A stretch of DNA of 63,649 nt, counting the filler, from Reclinomonas americana ATCC 50394 (taxonomy: Eukaryota), in the NCBI GenBank assembly GCA_048213135.1. It is 7 parts of 4 records of this genome, joined end to end, with 100 filler letters (N's around TTAATTAATTAA, not from the genome) between each part and the next. Parts side by side here need not be neighbours in the genome. Positions count along the whole stretch, not along the records: positions 1 to 28,994 come from PS015086.1; 6 more parts are not named here. One strand, 5' to 3'. The notes under the pieces were generated by a model that saw only the letters and a program-made list of their open reading frames with translations, ran no database searches and had not been told where the DNA came from. Positions 1 through 11,393 of this stretch are shown piece after piece. Within the stretch, counting starts at the first letter, position 1, and each line of letters opens with the position of its first letter. Position numbers and translations under genes: made by a program.

Positions 1-100
1 TCACTTCTCATGCCACTTCTCGCTGCATGCCTCCTTAATTGTCATCCCTCTATGCTCTTGGCTAACCTTCTTCCCCCCTTTTCCCCTTCCCCCTTTCCAG

Positions 101-231
101 CTCTGGTCTTCACGGTCGCCGGCGCCTCGATCATGACCAAGTGGGCTGTCGACAAGCACAAGCGCTACCTGTCGGAGTTCCCCGAGTACCGCAGCCTGCG
201 TCGCAAGGTCATCTTCCCGTTCATCTTCTAA
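101..231 (+). CDS. Last exon of a steroid 5-alpha-reductase / very-long-chain enoyl-CoA reductase (TECR/Tsc13-like) gene
   Basis: Branch point GCTAAC (61-66), a pyrimidine tract and CAG at 98-100 precede the exon. Peptide ...IMTKWAVDKHKRYLSEFPEYRSLRRKVIFPFIF* fits the family C-terminus (WA..KH..Y..EF..Y...RK..IPF). Confidence 0.8.
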
Positions 232-353
232 ACTGGTTGGAAGGGAGAGAGAGAGATAGATTTTGGTGTGACGGAGTGTATGTTGCTTACGAGAGCTCGT
301 TTTTCACTGAACAACCAGCGCTGGTTTCACGCACATCACCGTGATGCGCGAGC

Positions 354-905
354 TCACTTGTACTTGACAATCATCTCGCGCACCGCGTCCATGTTGGCGC
401 CCTCCACCGTCGCCACCTTCTTCTGATGCTTGAACATCATAAACACCTAATAGTTGCGCACAATAATCAATCAATAAACATCATTATTACACCGACAAGA
501 GAGAGTTTTCCGTTTCTCTCTCTCTTTCCTATGTGCGCAACTGGAGTCATGCTGACACCAGCACGCTCACAATAGTCGGCGAACTTGTCAGTGTCGATCT
601 TCAAAAACGTCACGTCGTGGAATTCCTCCGAGAGCGCTTGCACCGCAGGCGCACTGGCCACACACGGACCACACTCCTGCAGACACACTCATGGGCGAGT
701 CACCGCCACACATGTGCGCACAAAGACAGACAATGCGCGTGTCTCACCAGCGAGAAAAAGTCAAGCTGCGCGCGCGCGCAAAATATCGAAGTTGAGCGCA
801 CAACGTGTGAGGAAAAGAGCGCATGCGTGCACACGAAACGACAACAAGGTTGGCTGCAGTGCCGAGAATGCGCAGCTCGTCGATGCTCTCAATCGCGTGC
901 ACCAT
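354..905 (-). CDS. trx: Thioredoxin, 4 exons (about 905-840, 765-748, 676-542, 446-354), atypical ECGPC active site
   Basis: GT-AG splicing gives MVHAIESIDELRILGTAANLVV|LDFFSL|ECGPCVASAPAVQALSEEFHDVTFLKIDTDKFADYCERAGVSMTP|VFMMFKHQKKVATVEGANMDAVREMIVKYK*. This is a full ~103-aa Trx fold with DFF, CGPC, FLKID, cis-Pro and GAN motifs. Confidence 0.9.
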
Positions 906-1714
906 TTTCAAATTTAATTGTGATTATTAGAAAATGTCCTGCGCGACAGAACGTGCCAACAACGAGTCTGCCAACGCCGCGCTGATCGTCATGGGTATGA
1001 CACGCACGTGCGCAACAGCCTCCACACAGTTGCGATGATTTTTGCAAGCAGGGCGGTGTCGTGAAGTGTGTTGCGAACAGGACACGACGCTGTGGTGACG
1101 TAGAAGGCGCGTTTATAGAGCAGACGACCGCTGCAACTGTGCATGTATGTCTAGTACACATGCCTCTCTGCTCATCTCCGTCACCGCCTCGCTTGCAGCC
1201 TCGCGACGTCGCTGATGTCCTGCGCGCAGCTCTCAGCCTATATCGATTCTCACGCGCGTTGTTGTGCGTGTCTCTCTGCCTCCGACACACGCACACAGTC
1301 CACGCACGTGGACACCTTCAACGCAGCGAGGCAGCAACAACGCGGAGAAATAGTCTCCCTTTTTTTGCTTTGACTGAAAACANNNNNNNNNNNNNNNNNN
1401 NNNNNNNNNNNNNNNNNNNNNNNNNNNNNNNNNNNNNNNNNNNNNNNNNNNNNNNNNNNNNNNNNNNNNNNNNNNNNNNNNNNNNNNNNNNNNNNNNNNN
1501 NNNNNNNNNNNNNNNNNNNNNNNNNNNNNNNNNNNNNNNNNNNNNNNNNNNNNNNNNNNNNNNNNNNNNNNNNNNNNNNNNNNNNNNNNNNNNNNNNNNN
1601 NNNNNNNNNNNNNNNNNNNNNNNNNNNNNNNNNNNNNNNNNNNNNNNNNNNNNNNNNNNNNNNNNNNNNNNNNNNNNNNNNNNNNNNNNNNNNNNNNNNN
1701 NNNNNNNNNNNNCA

Positions 1715-4449
1715 ATGGCGATTGTGGGCGAGGAGGCCAACGAGCAACTGCGGTACACGCGCGAGGTGCACCAGCGTGATGCCAAGTTGAGTTGGAAGCT
1801 GCTCATACAAAGCCCATTGGTAAACACACGCGCGCTGACTCTGTGCATATTAGACATGGTGTCGCGCCACTCCCGTCAGCTCATCAGATGCGACGTGCTG
1901 CCGAGGAGACAATGCGACACTGGACGACACTGGTAAGTCGAAGCTCTCTCTCTGTGTTGTGTTACTCTCACTTACTTGTATGTGTGGCACAGCGTGATCG
2001 TCGCGAGCAGGTGCCAGTGAGCACGGAGCGCTCCAAAGTCAGCGTCCTGCGCAGTGAGATCCGCGAGGCACGTCGTGAGAAGCGCCGANNNNNNNNNNNN
2101 NNNNNNNNNNNNNNNNNNNNNNNNNNNNNNNNNNNNNNNNNNNNNNNNNNNNNNNNNNNNNNNNNNNNNNNNNNNNNNNNNNNNNNNNNNNNNNNNNNNN
2201 NNNNNNNNNNNNNNNNNNNNNNNNNNNNNNNNNNNNNNNNNNNNNNNNNNNNNNNNNNNNNNNNNNNNNNNNNNNNNNNNNNNNNNNNNNNNNNNNNNNN
2301 NNNNNNNNNNNNNNNNNNNNNNNNNNNNNNNNNNNNNNNNNNNNNNNNNNNNNNNNNNNNNNNNNNNNNNNNNNNNNNNNNNNNNNNNNNNNNNNNNNNN
2401 NNNNNNNNNNNNNNNNNNNNNNNNNNNNNNNNNNNNNNNNNNNNNNNNNNNNNNNNNNNNNNNNNNNNNNNNNNNNNNNNNNNNNNNNNNNNNNNNNNNN
2501 NNNNNNNNNNNNNNNNNNNNNNNNNNNNNNNNNNNNNNNNNNNNNNNNNNNNNNNNNNNNNNNNNNNNNNNNNNNNNNNNNNNNNNNNNNNNNNNNNNNN
2601 NNNNNNNNNNNNNNNNNNNNNNNNNNNNNNNNNNNNNNNNNNNNNNNNNNNNNNNNNNNNNNNNNNNNNNNNNNNNNNNNNNNNNNNNNNNNNNNNNNNN
2701 NNNNNNNNNNNNNNNNNNNNNNNNNNNNNNNNNNNNNNNNNNNNNNNNNNNNNNNNNNNNNNNNNNNNNNNNNNNNNNNNNNNNNNNNNNNNNNNNNNNN
2801 NNNNNNNNNTTGCAGCGTGAATTGGACGAGCAGCTGGCGGAGGCGCGACTGATGGACCGCGACCCGCAAAAGATCACCACGATACCGCAACCGTCGCCTC
2901 CGCCGGCGCCTTCGCATGGGAGCAGTCATCGCCATCATCATCATCATCAACGGCGGCGTGCTAGTGAGGACTCGAGTGCGCCCAAGATGGATCCGATGGC
3001 ACAGTCGCGGATGCTGGCCTCGTCCATGTCGGCGCGCTCGCCGACCTCGCTCAATCGGATTGGGTTCACGGAGTTGTTGCCGGGTGATTTGCAGCGTGGT
3101 GCAAGCCGCAGTGCGCGACTGGCGAGCTCGTCGGCGCGAGAGGAGTTCTCGCATACGCTCAAGTTGAGTGGTGGGAGGTTAGGGGGAAAGGGAGGAGGAT
3201 GGGAAGAGGGGAAGAAAGGGAAGGGAGAGGGACTGCTGAAGGAGTAGACAAGGGAAGCGAGATAGCAGCTGTGTGCAAGGAGAGAGGGAGAAGCAGAACA
3301 GCTACACAACCAGTCACCACAGAATATCAAAAGAAAGCACGCCATAGAAGAAGCTGTGCAAAAGCCGGGCACGGCGAAATAGGAGTGCAGGAGAAGATTG
3401 CCGATCAGCTGTTGTGTGAGTGGGTGTGAGACACAACGATGCAGGAAAAAAGCAGGGAGCTTGTCAGCTGCAGAACAATTGATATGTGATGAAGTGAGAA
3501 CACACAAGGGAAACAGAAGTATTAATGCACCGGCGATGGGCATGTAGCTGGATACGGTCACTGCTTGACACTGGAAGGAGGGAACACAAGAAAGCAGAGA
3601 AGAGGAAGAGCAAGCAGGCGTGAACGCGAAGGAGAGGTACATGCAGCTGGATAGTGTGACTACTTGACAGTGGAGGAAGGGCAAACAAGAAAGCAGAGAA
3701 GAGGATAAGAATTCTGGGGAGGGATTGTGACAGCGGAAGAGTGCATACGAGGAAACAGATGAAGCGGAAGAGTTCGCAATGATATGAACGCCAGAGAAGG
3801 ACACGCAGCTGGATACGGTCACTACTTGACAGTTGAAGAAGGGCATGCGAGGAAACAGAAAGAGTGAGCAATCATGTGAACGCGCTGGGGAGGAACATGC
3901 AGCTGGATGAGGTCACTCTGTGTCAGAAGAAGAGGAGCAACTATGTGAACGCACTGGGGAGGAACGCACAAGGCACTCTTTGACAGTTAAAGAAGGGAGA
4001 GCGTGCAGTAGTACTGCATGTCTGGCGGGTTGTGAGCATGTCTACCCACTGTATGAGCTTCGCGCGCTCGTGGTTGTCGGTACGATGGGTGGGTCTCTGA
4101 GCAGGAAGGAGAGGAGCCAATACTTGCTGCAGAAGAAGCTGTTTGAGATGAGACGAATTGTTGGAAGAGCACCTCCATCACTCGTCGCACAATCTCCCTC
4201 ACAGCGTGCTCCCTCTCTCTCTCTCCTTACCCTGCATCCTCTCATGAACCTTACTACGTACTACCGTACGGTTACGGTACCGTAACGTACCGTACGTTAC
4301 GTACGTACGTACCGTACCGTAACGTACNNNNNNNNNNNNNNNNNNNNTTTAAACGGTTTAACGGGTTAACGGTAACGGAACCGACCTACCCTACCTACCT
4401 ACCTACCGTCCGTCCGACCTACTACCTCCTCCTACCACACGTCGTCGTC

Positions 4450-4498
<49 letters not shown>

Positions 4499-5194
4499 AT
4501 CTCTCCATGTCAATCTCAGTGCGCCTCTGTACCGTCCTTCTCCTCATCACCCCCCTTCGCCAACATCGCAGGAGTCAATCCGCCAGTCACCGCTTCTCCC
4601 TCTCCGACGCCGACCTCCTCTTCATCCGGGAGAAGGAGACGGCCAAGCACTCGCAGCTGGGCTCGGATTTCGGGGCGACACCGCACCTCACTCGGCATCG
4701 GTCGCTGGAACTTGGCGTTACCGGCTCCTCCTTGTCACCCTCGTCGCCGTCGTCGCCGTCTGCGGTGCCGTCGCCCAACAATCGGGACAGCGCCAACCCC
4801 ATGGACACGTGGCGATCGTACAAGTCGAGCATGCCGTCGTCGACGCTGCCGAGAGTGCAGCGTGCTCCGCCGGCGGTCAGCGGCAGCCACTGTCCGGATC
4901 CGCGCTACGAGACTGTGGAGACCACGAGCAAGAGTTGCGATGCATGCCTCGTGTGTGTGTGTGTGGCCACCATTATGTGCAGAGTGCTCACCATCGCACC
5001 ACTCAGTGATTGGATGGGGAGTGGAGACTGCACCGCTGTCGCCCTCCAAGCACGGATTGCGGAATGTGGTGAAGGACAACTGGATCCGCTCGCAGTTGCG
5101 TCGCATTATCCACCCTTCCCCCTCGTGTCTCTTTGTCGTCACTCACATCACCCTTCTCCTCTTTTGCAGCGGCTACGTGTGCATTCTCAAATAA
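1715..5194 (+). CDS. Multi-exon uncharacterised protein with coiled coil and Ser/His-rich region; C-terminus resembles ciliary microtubule inner proteins (SPMIP1/ATP6V1FNB-like)
   Basis: Exons can be spliced: MAIVGEEANEQLRYTREVHQRDAK|HGVAPLP...HWTTL|RDRREQ...REKRR, then LQRELDEQLAE (in-frame join across the N gap), ...PDPRYETVETTSK|MIGWGVETAPLSPSKHGLRNVVKDNWIRSH|GYVCILK*. The family resemblance (TTS..IGW...HG...VKD.W/F.R..G) is by eye only. Confidence 0.45.
3500..3990. repeat. Degenerate intronic tandem repeat (core CATGCAGCTGGATACGGTCACTACTTGACAG, ~4 copies)
   Basis: The core recurs near 3541, 3640, 3804 and 3896 in purine-rich sequence. Confidence 0.6.
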
Positions 5195-5359
5195 GTCGTC
5201 CGCTCCGTCGTGTCGGGCATTGGTGCCGTCGTTGTACTTCTCTCTCTCTCCCGCTGTTCTGTCGTTTGAGTACGATTGAAAGTGAAGACCGTTTTGTTGT
5301 TGTTGTTGTGTTACACTTTCCTTGGGTCAAGGAAGAACAGCTGCGCACTCCATAGTGCA

Positions 5360-6562
5360 CTACGCATCGACTTCCGTCGACGCGCTCAGCACGGTCTCAC
5401 GTGCCACCGGCGCCACGTCCACACGCATCTGATCGTACGAAATGTAGTACTGCTTTGACGTCGTGTCGGTGCCGTCGTAACCCGTTGTTGCACTGTCGCG
5501 AGTGAAGGTGACGCGGTACTCGTCGGGATCCGTCTCGTACGTGGTGCCGTATGTCGATCTGCGAGAGAATTGTTAATCAGACAGAGGCATTCTGTGCATG
5601 CATCAAGCACCACGCACTTGTCAGACTTGCAGTCCACCAAACTGGTGGCCACGCTCACAAACTGGAAGGGTGCTGTCGGCGCTTCCGTGCTGGCTCGGTT
5701 CGGCGAGTTGAAAATGTCGGAGGAGCTGGGAATGGAGAAAGGATTGTGAGCAGGCGAGTGAATACGGAGGAGGCGATGGCGGAGGACGCAACGTGAGAGC
5801 ATGCGCACGGTGTTCACGACCCTTCAGTGATTGCTGTGTGTACGAGGAGGTGAGTGGGAAGCAGGAAGGGCGACACCAAGACACTCAGAACACACCTTCC
5901 ACGACGCGTATTCCACGGTGTTGGTGTCAAAGTAGAAACGGTCGCCTTGTGTCAAGTACGAGACGCGGGCGTTGCTGAGACGGAACGGGAATGACGAGGT
6001 CGAGTTGGCTTGCGAGACGTCGATGACAGTGACGCCACTCTGACCGAGGACCTCGATGAACGGGTGTACGGCGCCACCCATGCAGAAGGCAGTGTTCTCG
6101 TCGGGAGCGATGCCGATCTGCCGAGATGTGGGGTCATACAGAGTGCCATGCAAGCGACGACTCTCGCGACGAGAAACTCACCTTCTTGCCCTTCGGCAAA
6201 TTCTGCGTATCCCACAACAGACGCATGAAGCGACCTGGTTGGTAGCAGCGACATCAGAAACGAGCAGGAAGAGCAAACGATAAGGAGCAAGCAGGTTGAC
6301 AAGAGCTCTCTCTCTCTCTCTCTCTCCTGCTGTACCGTACACTCCGCCTTGGCCGTACAGCAGGGACAGCCGCCCAACCCCATGGACACGTGGCGATCGT
6401 ACAAGTCGAGCATCGCCGTCGTCGNNNNNNNNNNNNNNNNNNNNCGACGACGACGACGTACGTACGGTACGGTACGGTACGACGACGACGACGACGACGA
6501 ACGACGACGAGAAGAAGAACGAACGAACGTAACGAAGACGACGACGACGTACGTACGTACGA

Positions 6563-6623
<61 letters not shown>

Positions 6624-7498
6624 CCCCGCCTCACCCTGCCGCCCGCGATTCGAAAAGTGCGAATCCAACAGACCATGCCAGAAGTTGCCGAGGCCGCCCT
6701 CCGGCACGTACACCAGATCGTCGGGATGGTCATCCTTGCCGTACACGTGTGCGCCGTACGTGAACGCATCCCACGAGAGACCACCCTCAATCATCACACC
6801 GTCCGTCTGCGACGCAGTGCCGGCCGAGGTGCCGGCAATCACCGCGCCACCACCAAACCGAATTTGAATGGCCTCCAACACTGGCGACGGCTTACGGAGA
6901 CTCACGGGCTCCAAGAACAACGAGTCAGTGAGGCGCGCCTGGTCGCCACCGCCGAAAAAGTACAACAGGCACTGGTTCACAATGTCGACCACCGCCTGTG
7001 AACGAGAGAAACATCATGAGCGCCACACCAACGGATGCACAAATGCAGATGCAGGCAACAGAGACCGGATTGGAGTTGTTGGCCTTGTGGGCCACATCAA
7101 CAGGCACCCAGTGAAGGCGCTCCAGTGGCACATGGTACGTCTTGTTGAGCAAGTCACGATAGTAGACAAACGAGCCGAACGGATCATCGCTGGCACCCGG
7201 AAGAATGCACACACTGGCTCGGTCAGGGCCACCCACCAAGCCGAGAATGGTGCCATAGATCAGAGCATTGTTGTCATCCTGCCGCGTGCTGTGAGTCACT
7301 GTCTTTCTCTCACTCTTCCTCTTCTTCTTGCAACGTGAGACGAACCAGTCCGCCGCCCACCAGCACGAGTTTTCCCGCGGTTGTCGAGTCTGAGCAGGGC
7401 ACGGTTGCCGAGGATCCCTTGGAGGCGATGACCGCCAGCACGGCAAGGAGGAGCACTGCAGAGTACAGCACGGAGGCGAGCAACAGCACGAATCGCAT
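5360..7498 (-). CDS. cphE: Secreted cyanophycinase-like serine peptidase (family S51, CphB/CphE type), 8 exons
   Basis: Signal peptide MRFVLLLASVLYSAVLLLAVLAVIA. Motifs: GKLVLVGGGL, ILPGAS, FFGGGDQARL, nucleophile AVIAGTSAG, LLDSHFSNRGRQGR, GIAPDENTA, GVTVIDVS, SYLTQGD and the C-terminal ...YISYDQMRVDVAP. Exons 7498-7346, 7278-7066, 6995-6635, 6234-6182 and 6162-5896, plus three more to the stop at 5360, all join in phase with GT-AG ends. Confidence 0.88.
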
Positions 7499-7594
7499 TC
7501 TCGAGGTCGACCGTCGGTGTGTGCAAGAAGAGGAGTCCTGGAGGACCGTGTGTTGGAAACTCTGCGTATTGCATCATGACTTCATTATCGCTTC

Positions 7595-8686
7595 CTACCA
7601 GTGCGAGCCCGGATCACACATGTGTTGATATAACACGACCTCGGCCTCCTCAACTATAAAACATCGCAGCACCATCTCTGGCAAGCACCGCGAATCCGCT
7701 TCTGCGTCCTGCATCTCCTGTACCGCCAGCACGGCGGCTTTTGCAGAGTCCATCTCCCTACGAGCAAGGCCGCATGGCGTGGACCAAGCGAAGACCGTAT
7801 TGTATTTATCCTGACTTGCAATTGCGATGTGCTCGCCACACAAACTGACAGCGACAGAAGACATCGCTGCATTGTGGCGACTCCACAACCGGCGCACTTC
7901 TTCTCCACTTGCCAGCGACCACATGCGCAGCACTCTATCATGACCGCCACTCACAACGTGCTCGCCGTCGGGAGTGATAGCAGCACACTGCACCGTAAGA
8001 GTGTGTCCCTCGAACCGTCGCACTTCCTCACCACTCGCCAGCGACAACACACGAACTGTCTTGTCCTCACTCGCACTCACAACGTGCTGACCATCGGGAG
8101 TGACAGTCGCAGACCGCACCCACGCGGAGTATACCGCAAACCGTCGCAACTCTTCGCCACTCGCCAGAGACCACACTCGCACCGTCTTGTCGTTACCGCC
8201 ACTGACAATGTGCTGACTGCAGGGAGTGACAGCAACGGTATACACAGCTCGAGTATGACCCCTCAGCTGTCGCACCTGCTGTCGACTCTCCAGCGACAAC
8301 ACGCACACTGTTGTATCCCAGCTGCCACTCACAACATGCTGACCATCTGGAGAGACAGCGACAGCGCCCACCGCGTTGGTGTGCCCATTTGAGCGGTGAA
8401 CTTCCTCACCACTCGCCAGTGACCACACGCGAACAGATGTATCCCGGCTGCCACTCACAACGTGCAATCCATCGGGAGTAACAGCAATCGATGTCACTCG
8501 CTCAGTGTGTCCCCTCAACAAGCACACCTGTTTTCCGCTGGTCGCAGACCACACGCGCACAGTGCAGTCCCAACTCCCGCTGATGATGTGTTGACCATCT
8601 GGTGTGAATGCGACGGCGGCCACCACTGAAGTGTGTCTACGCAGGCGCATGGGAGGGAGAGTGGTGGTGGCGGTGGGGAGAGACAT
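7595..8686 (-). CDS. Intronless 7-bladed WD40 protein with conserved C-terminal tail (array 1, copy A)
   Basis: Seven GH...VAVTPDG.HVVSGS.D.TVRVW repeats. Tail STPCGLARREMDSAKAAVLAVQEMQDAEADSRCLPEMVLRCFIVEEAEVVLYQHMCDP. ATG at 8686 by homology with copy B. Confidence 0.92.
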   Translation of the reverse strand: MSLPTATTTLPPMRLRRHTSVVAAVAFTPDGQHIISGSWDCTVRVWSATSGKQVCLLRGHTERVTSIAVTPDGLHVVSGSRDTSVRVWSLASGEEVHRSNGHTNAVGAVAVSPDGQHVVSGSWDTTVCVLSLESRQQVRQLRGHTRAVYTVAVTPCSQHIVSGGNDKTVRVWSLASGEELRRFAVYSAWVRSATVTPDGQHVVSASEDKTVRVLSLASGEEVRRFEGHTLTVQCAAITPDGEHVVSGGHDRVLRMWSLASGEEVRRLWSRHNAAMSSVAVSLCGEHIAIASQDKYNTVFAWSTPCGLARREMDSAKAAVLAVQEMQDAEADSRCLPEMVLRCFIVEEAEVVLYQHMCDPGSHW

Positions 8687-8844
8687 GGATGTGCGATGGG
8701 GTGAGGGTGGGAGAGAGGGAGGTGGGGGAGAAGAGAGAGCGAGAATGCGAGTGTGCGTGTGCGTGCGCGTGATGAACGAAGGATGGTGACTGAGTGACAA
8801 ATGTCCTCGCATGACTTCATTCCACTTCGCATGCATCTCGCTTC

Positions 8845-9930
8845 CTACCACCTCGAGTCTGGGTCACACATGCATCGATGCAGCACAACTTCGGCCTCCT
8901 CAACTATAAAACATCGCAGCACCATCTCTGGCAAACAGCGCGAATCCGCTTCATCCTCATCCTGCATCTCCTGCACAGCCTGCAGGGCGGCCTTTGCAGA
9001 GTCCATCTCCCTGCGAGCAAGACCGCGAGGTGTAGACCAAGCGAGAACCATGCAACTTTCGTCCGCACTGGCGATGTGCTCGCCACACAAACTGACAGCG
9101 ACAGACCACACCTCTTGAACGTGGCCCCACAACTGCCGCACTTCTTCTCCACTCGCCAGCGACCACATTCGCAGCACTCTGTCATTACCGCCACTCACAA
9201 CGTGCTCGCCGTCGGGAGTGATAGCAGCACACTGCACCGCATGAGTGTGTCCCTCGAACCGTCGCACTTCCTTACCACTCGCCAGCGACAACACACGAAG
9301 TGTCTTGTCCTCAATCGCAATCACAACATGCTGACCGTCGGGAGTGACAGTCGCACATCGCACCTCCAGCGCATGTCCCACAAACCGTCGCAACTCTTCG
9401 CCACTCGCCAGAGACCACACTCGCACCGTCCTGTCATTACCCCCACTGACAACGTGCTGACTGCAGGGAGTGACAGCGACGGTAAGCACAGCTCGAATAT
9501 GACCCTTCAGCTGTCGCACCTGTTGTCGACGCGCCAGAGACAACACGCACACTGTTGTATCCCAGCTGCCACTCACGACATGCTGACCATCTGGAGAGAC
9601 AGCGACAGCGTCCACTGCGTTGGTGTGCCCATTTGAGCGGCGGACTTGCTCCCCACTCGCCAGCGACCACACGCGCACAGTGTTATCCCAGCTGCCACTC
9701 ACAATGCACAGGCCATCGGGAGTAACAGCAATCGATGTCACTCGCCCACTGTGTCCCTCCAACACGCGGACCTCTTCTCCGCTGGCCGCAGACCACACGC
9801 GCACAGTGCAGTCCCAACTCCCGCTGATGATGTGTTGACCATCTGGTGTGAATGCGACAGCGGCCACCACTCCAGTGTGCCCACGCAGGCGCATGGGAGG
9901 GAGAGTGGTGGTGGTGGTGGGGAGAGACAT
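8845..9930 (-). CDS. Intronless WD40 protein (array 1, copy B)
   Basis: 361-aa ORF, close paralogue of copy A including the intergenic spacer. Confidence 0.93.
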   Translation of the reverse strand: MSLPTTTTTLPPMRLRGHTGVVAAVAFTPDGQHIISGSWDCTVRVWSAASGEEVRVLEGHSGRVTSIAVTPDGLCIVSGSWDNTVRVWSLASGEQVRRSNGHTNAVDAVAVSPDGQHVVSGSWDTTVCVLSLARRQQVRQLKGHIRAVLTVAVTPCSQHVVSGGNDRTVRVWSLASGEELRRFVGHALEVRCATVTPDGQHVVIAIEDKTLRVLSLASGKEVRRFEGHTHAVQCAAITPDGEHVVSGGNDRVLRMWSLASGEEVRQLWGHVQEVWSVAVSLCGEHIASADESCMVLAWSTPRGLARREMDSAKAALQAVQEMQDEDEADSRCLPEMVLRCFIVEEAEVVLHRCMCDPDSRW

Positions 9931-10061
9931 GGATGTGCGATGGGGTGAGGGTGGGGAGAGGGAGGTGGAATGCGAGAGTGTGCGTGCGTGCGCGAGATGA
10001 ATGAAGGACGGTGATTGAGTGACGGATGTCCTCGCATGACTTCATTCCACTTCGCATGCTC

Positions 10062-11117
10062 CTACCACCTCGAGCCTGGGTCACACATGCAGCGATACAG
10101 TACGACTTCGGCCTCCTCAAACACGAAGCACCGCAGCACCATCTCTGGCAAACACCGCGAATCCGCTTCATCCTCATCCTGCATCTCCTGCACCGCCAGC
10201 ACGGCCATCCTCGCGCAGTCGAGCTCACTGCAAGCAAGACCACGCGGTGTGGTCCACACACGAACAGTTTCGTCCAAGCTGCTGCTGACAAGGTGCTTGC
10301 CGCAGAGACTCATAGCGATGAACGTGACCGCACTGCTGTGTCCTTCCAACTGCCGCACCTCGTCTCCACTCGCCACACACCACACTCGCATCGTCTTGTC
10401 CGCGCTCACAATGTGCCGACCATCTGCAGTAACTGCGACCGACGATACCCGTCCAGTGTGCCCCTCCAGTCGTCGCACTTCCTCACCGCTTGCCGCGCAC
10501 CACACTCGCACCGTCTTGTCATCACTTCCACTGACGACGAGCTGTCCATCGGGAGTGACGGCGACCGATGTCACCATGTCCGTGTGGCCCTCAAACCGCC
10601 GCACTTCCTCACCACTCGCCAGCGACCACATCCGCGCAGTCTTGTCATCGTAGCCCGCGCTCACCACATACCGATCATCGCGCGTGACAGTCACCGCTCT
10701 CACCATCCCCGTGTGCCCCTCCAGTCGTCGCACCTCCTCCCCACTCTCCAACGACCACACTCGCACCGTCTTATCGTGCCCGCCACTCACCACATGCCGA
10801 CCACTATGCGCAACAGCAATCGCCAGCACCCAATTCGCATGTCCCTCCAATCGACGCACTTCCACGCCACTTTCCAGCGACCACACACGCACTGATCCAT
10901 CCCATCCACCGCTCACAATGTGCAGGCCATCGGGGGTGACAGCCACAGACGAGACCCAATACGAGTGTCCCTCCAACACGCGCTCTGACAGAGCAGACCA
11001 CACGCGAACAGTGCAGTCACGGCCTCCGCTCACAATGTGGCGGTTGTCGGGTGTGATGGCGACGCAGAAAACCCACGAGTTGTGCCCCAGGAGGCATTTG
11101 GTGGCGCGCAAGGACAT
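10062..11117 (-). CDS. Intronless WD40 protein (array 1, copy C)
   Basis: 351-aa ORF. The propeller is more divergent, but the tail (CLPEMVLRCFVFEEAEVVLYRCMCDPGSRW) and 3' flank are near identical to copy B. Confidence 0.93.
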   Translation of the reverse strand: MSLRATKCLLGHNSWVFCVAITPDNRHIVSGGRDCTVRVWSALSERVLEGHSYWVSSVAVTPDGLHIVSGGWDGSVRVWSLESGVEVRRLEGHANWVLAIAVAHSGRHVVSGGHDKTVRVWSLESGEEVRRLEGHTGMVRAVTVTRDDRYVVSAGYDDKTARMWSLASGEEVRRFEGHTDMVTSVAVTPDGQLVVSGSDDKTVRVWCAASGEEVRRLEGHTGRVSSVAVTADGRHIVSADKTMRVWCVASGDEVRQLEGHSSAVTFIAMSLCGKHLVSSSLDETVRVWTTPRGLACSELDCARMAVLAVQEMQDEDEADSRCLPEMVLRCFVFEEAEVVLYRCMCDPGSRW

Positions 11118-11182
11118 TAGCTGAGGACAATGGCGACGTGCTCGCGCGCGTTACCTCCGATCTATCATTCTGCGTGCGAGAA

Positions 11183-11294
11183 ATGAGGTTCGTTGTAACC
11201 TCCACCTGTCTGCCTGTGTGTGTGCCTCGGAAGCTACGTTACTCACTGAGCTCTTTGTAAACGCGCAGCAAGAACGGCACACCAAGGGTTTGTT

Positions 11295-11393
<99 letters not shown>

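Noticed and set aside
4250-4450. Palindrome-rich TACG/ACGT runs (also 6445-6565 and 39950-40310) that look like telomeric or structured repeats
   Set aside because: They occur only at contig ends beside gaps or microsatellites and follow the T-A-C-G cycle typical of degraded pyrosequencing read ends, so they are probably noise.
6330-6424. ~55-bp copy of 4785-4842 (CCAACCCCATGGACACGTGGCGATCGTACAAGTCGAGCAT) inside a cyanophycinase intron
   Set aside because: It is error-laden, starts after a (CT)n tract and ends at a gap, so it is most likely a misplaced read end rather than a real duplication.
7595-11117. Bacterial contamination or NACHT-WD (NLR) genes
   Set aside because: The array is contiguous with intron-containing genes and no NACHT/P-loop domain precedes the repeats.
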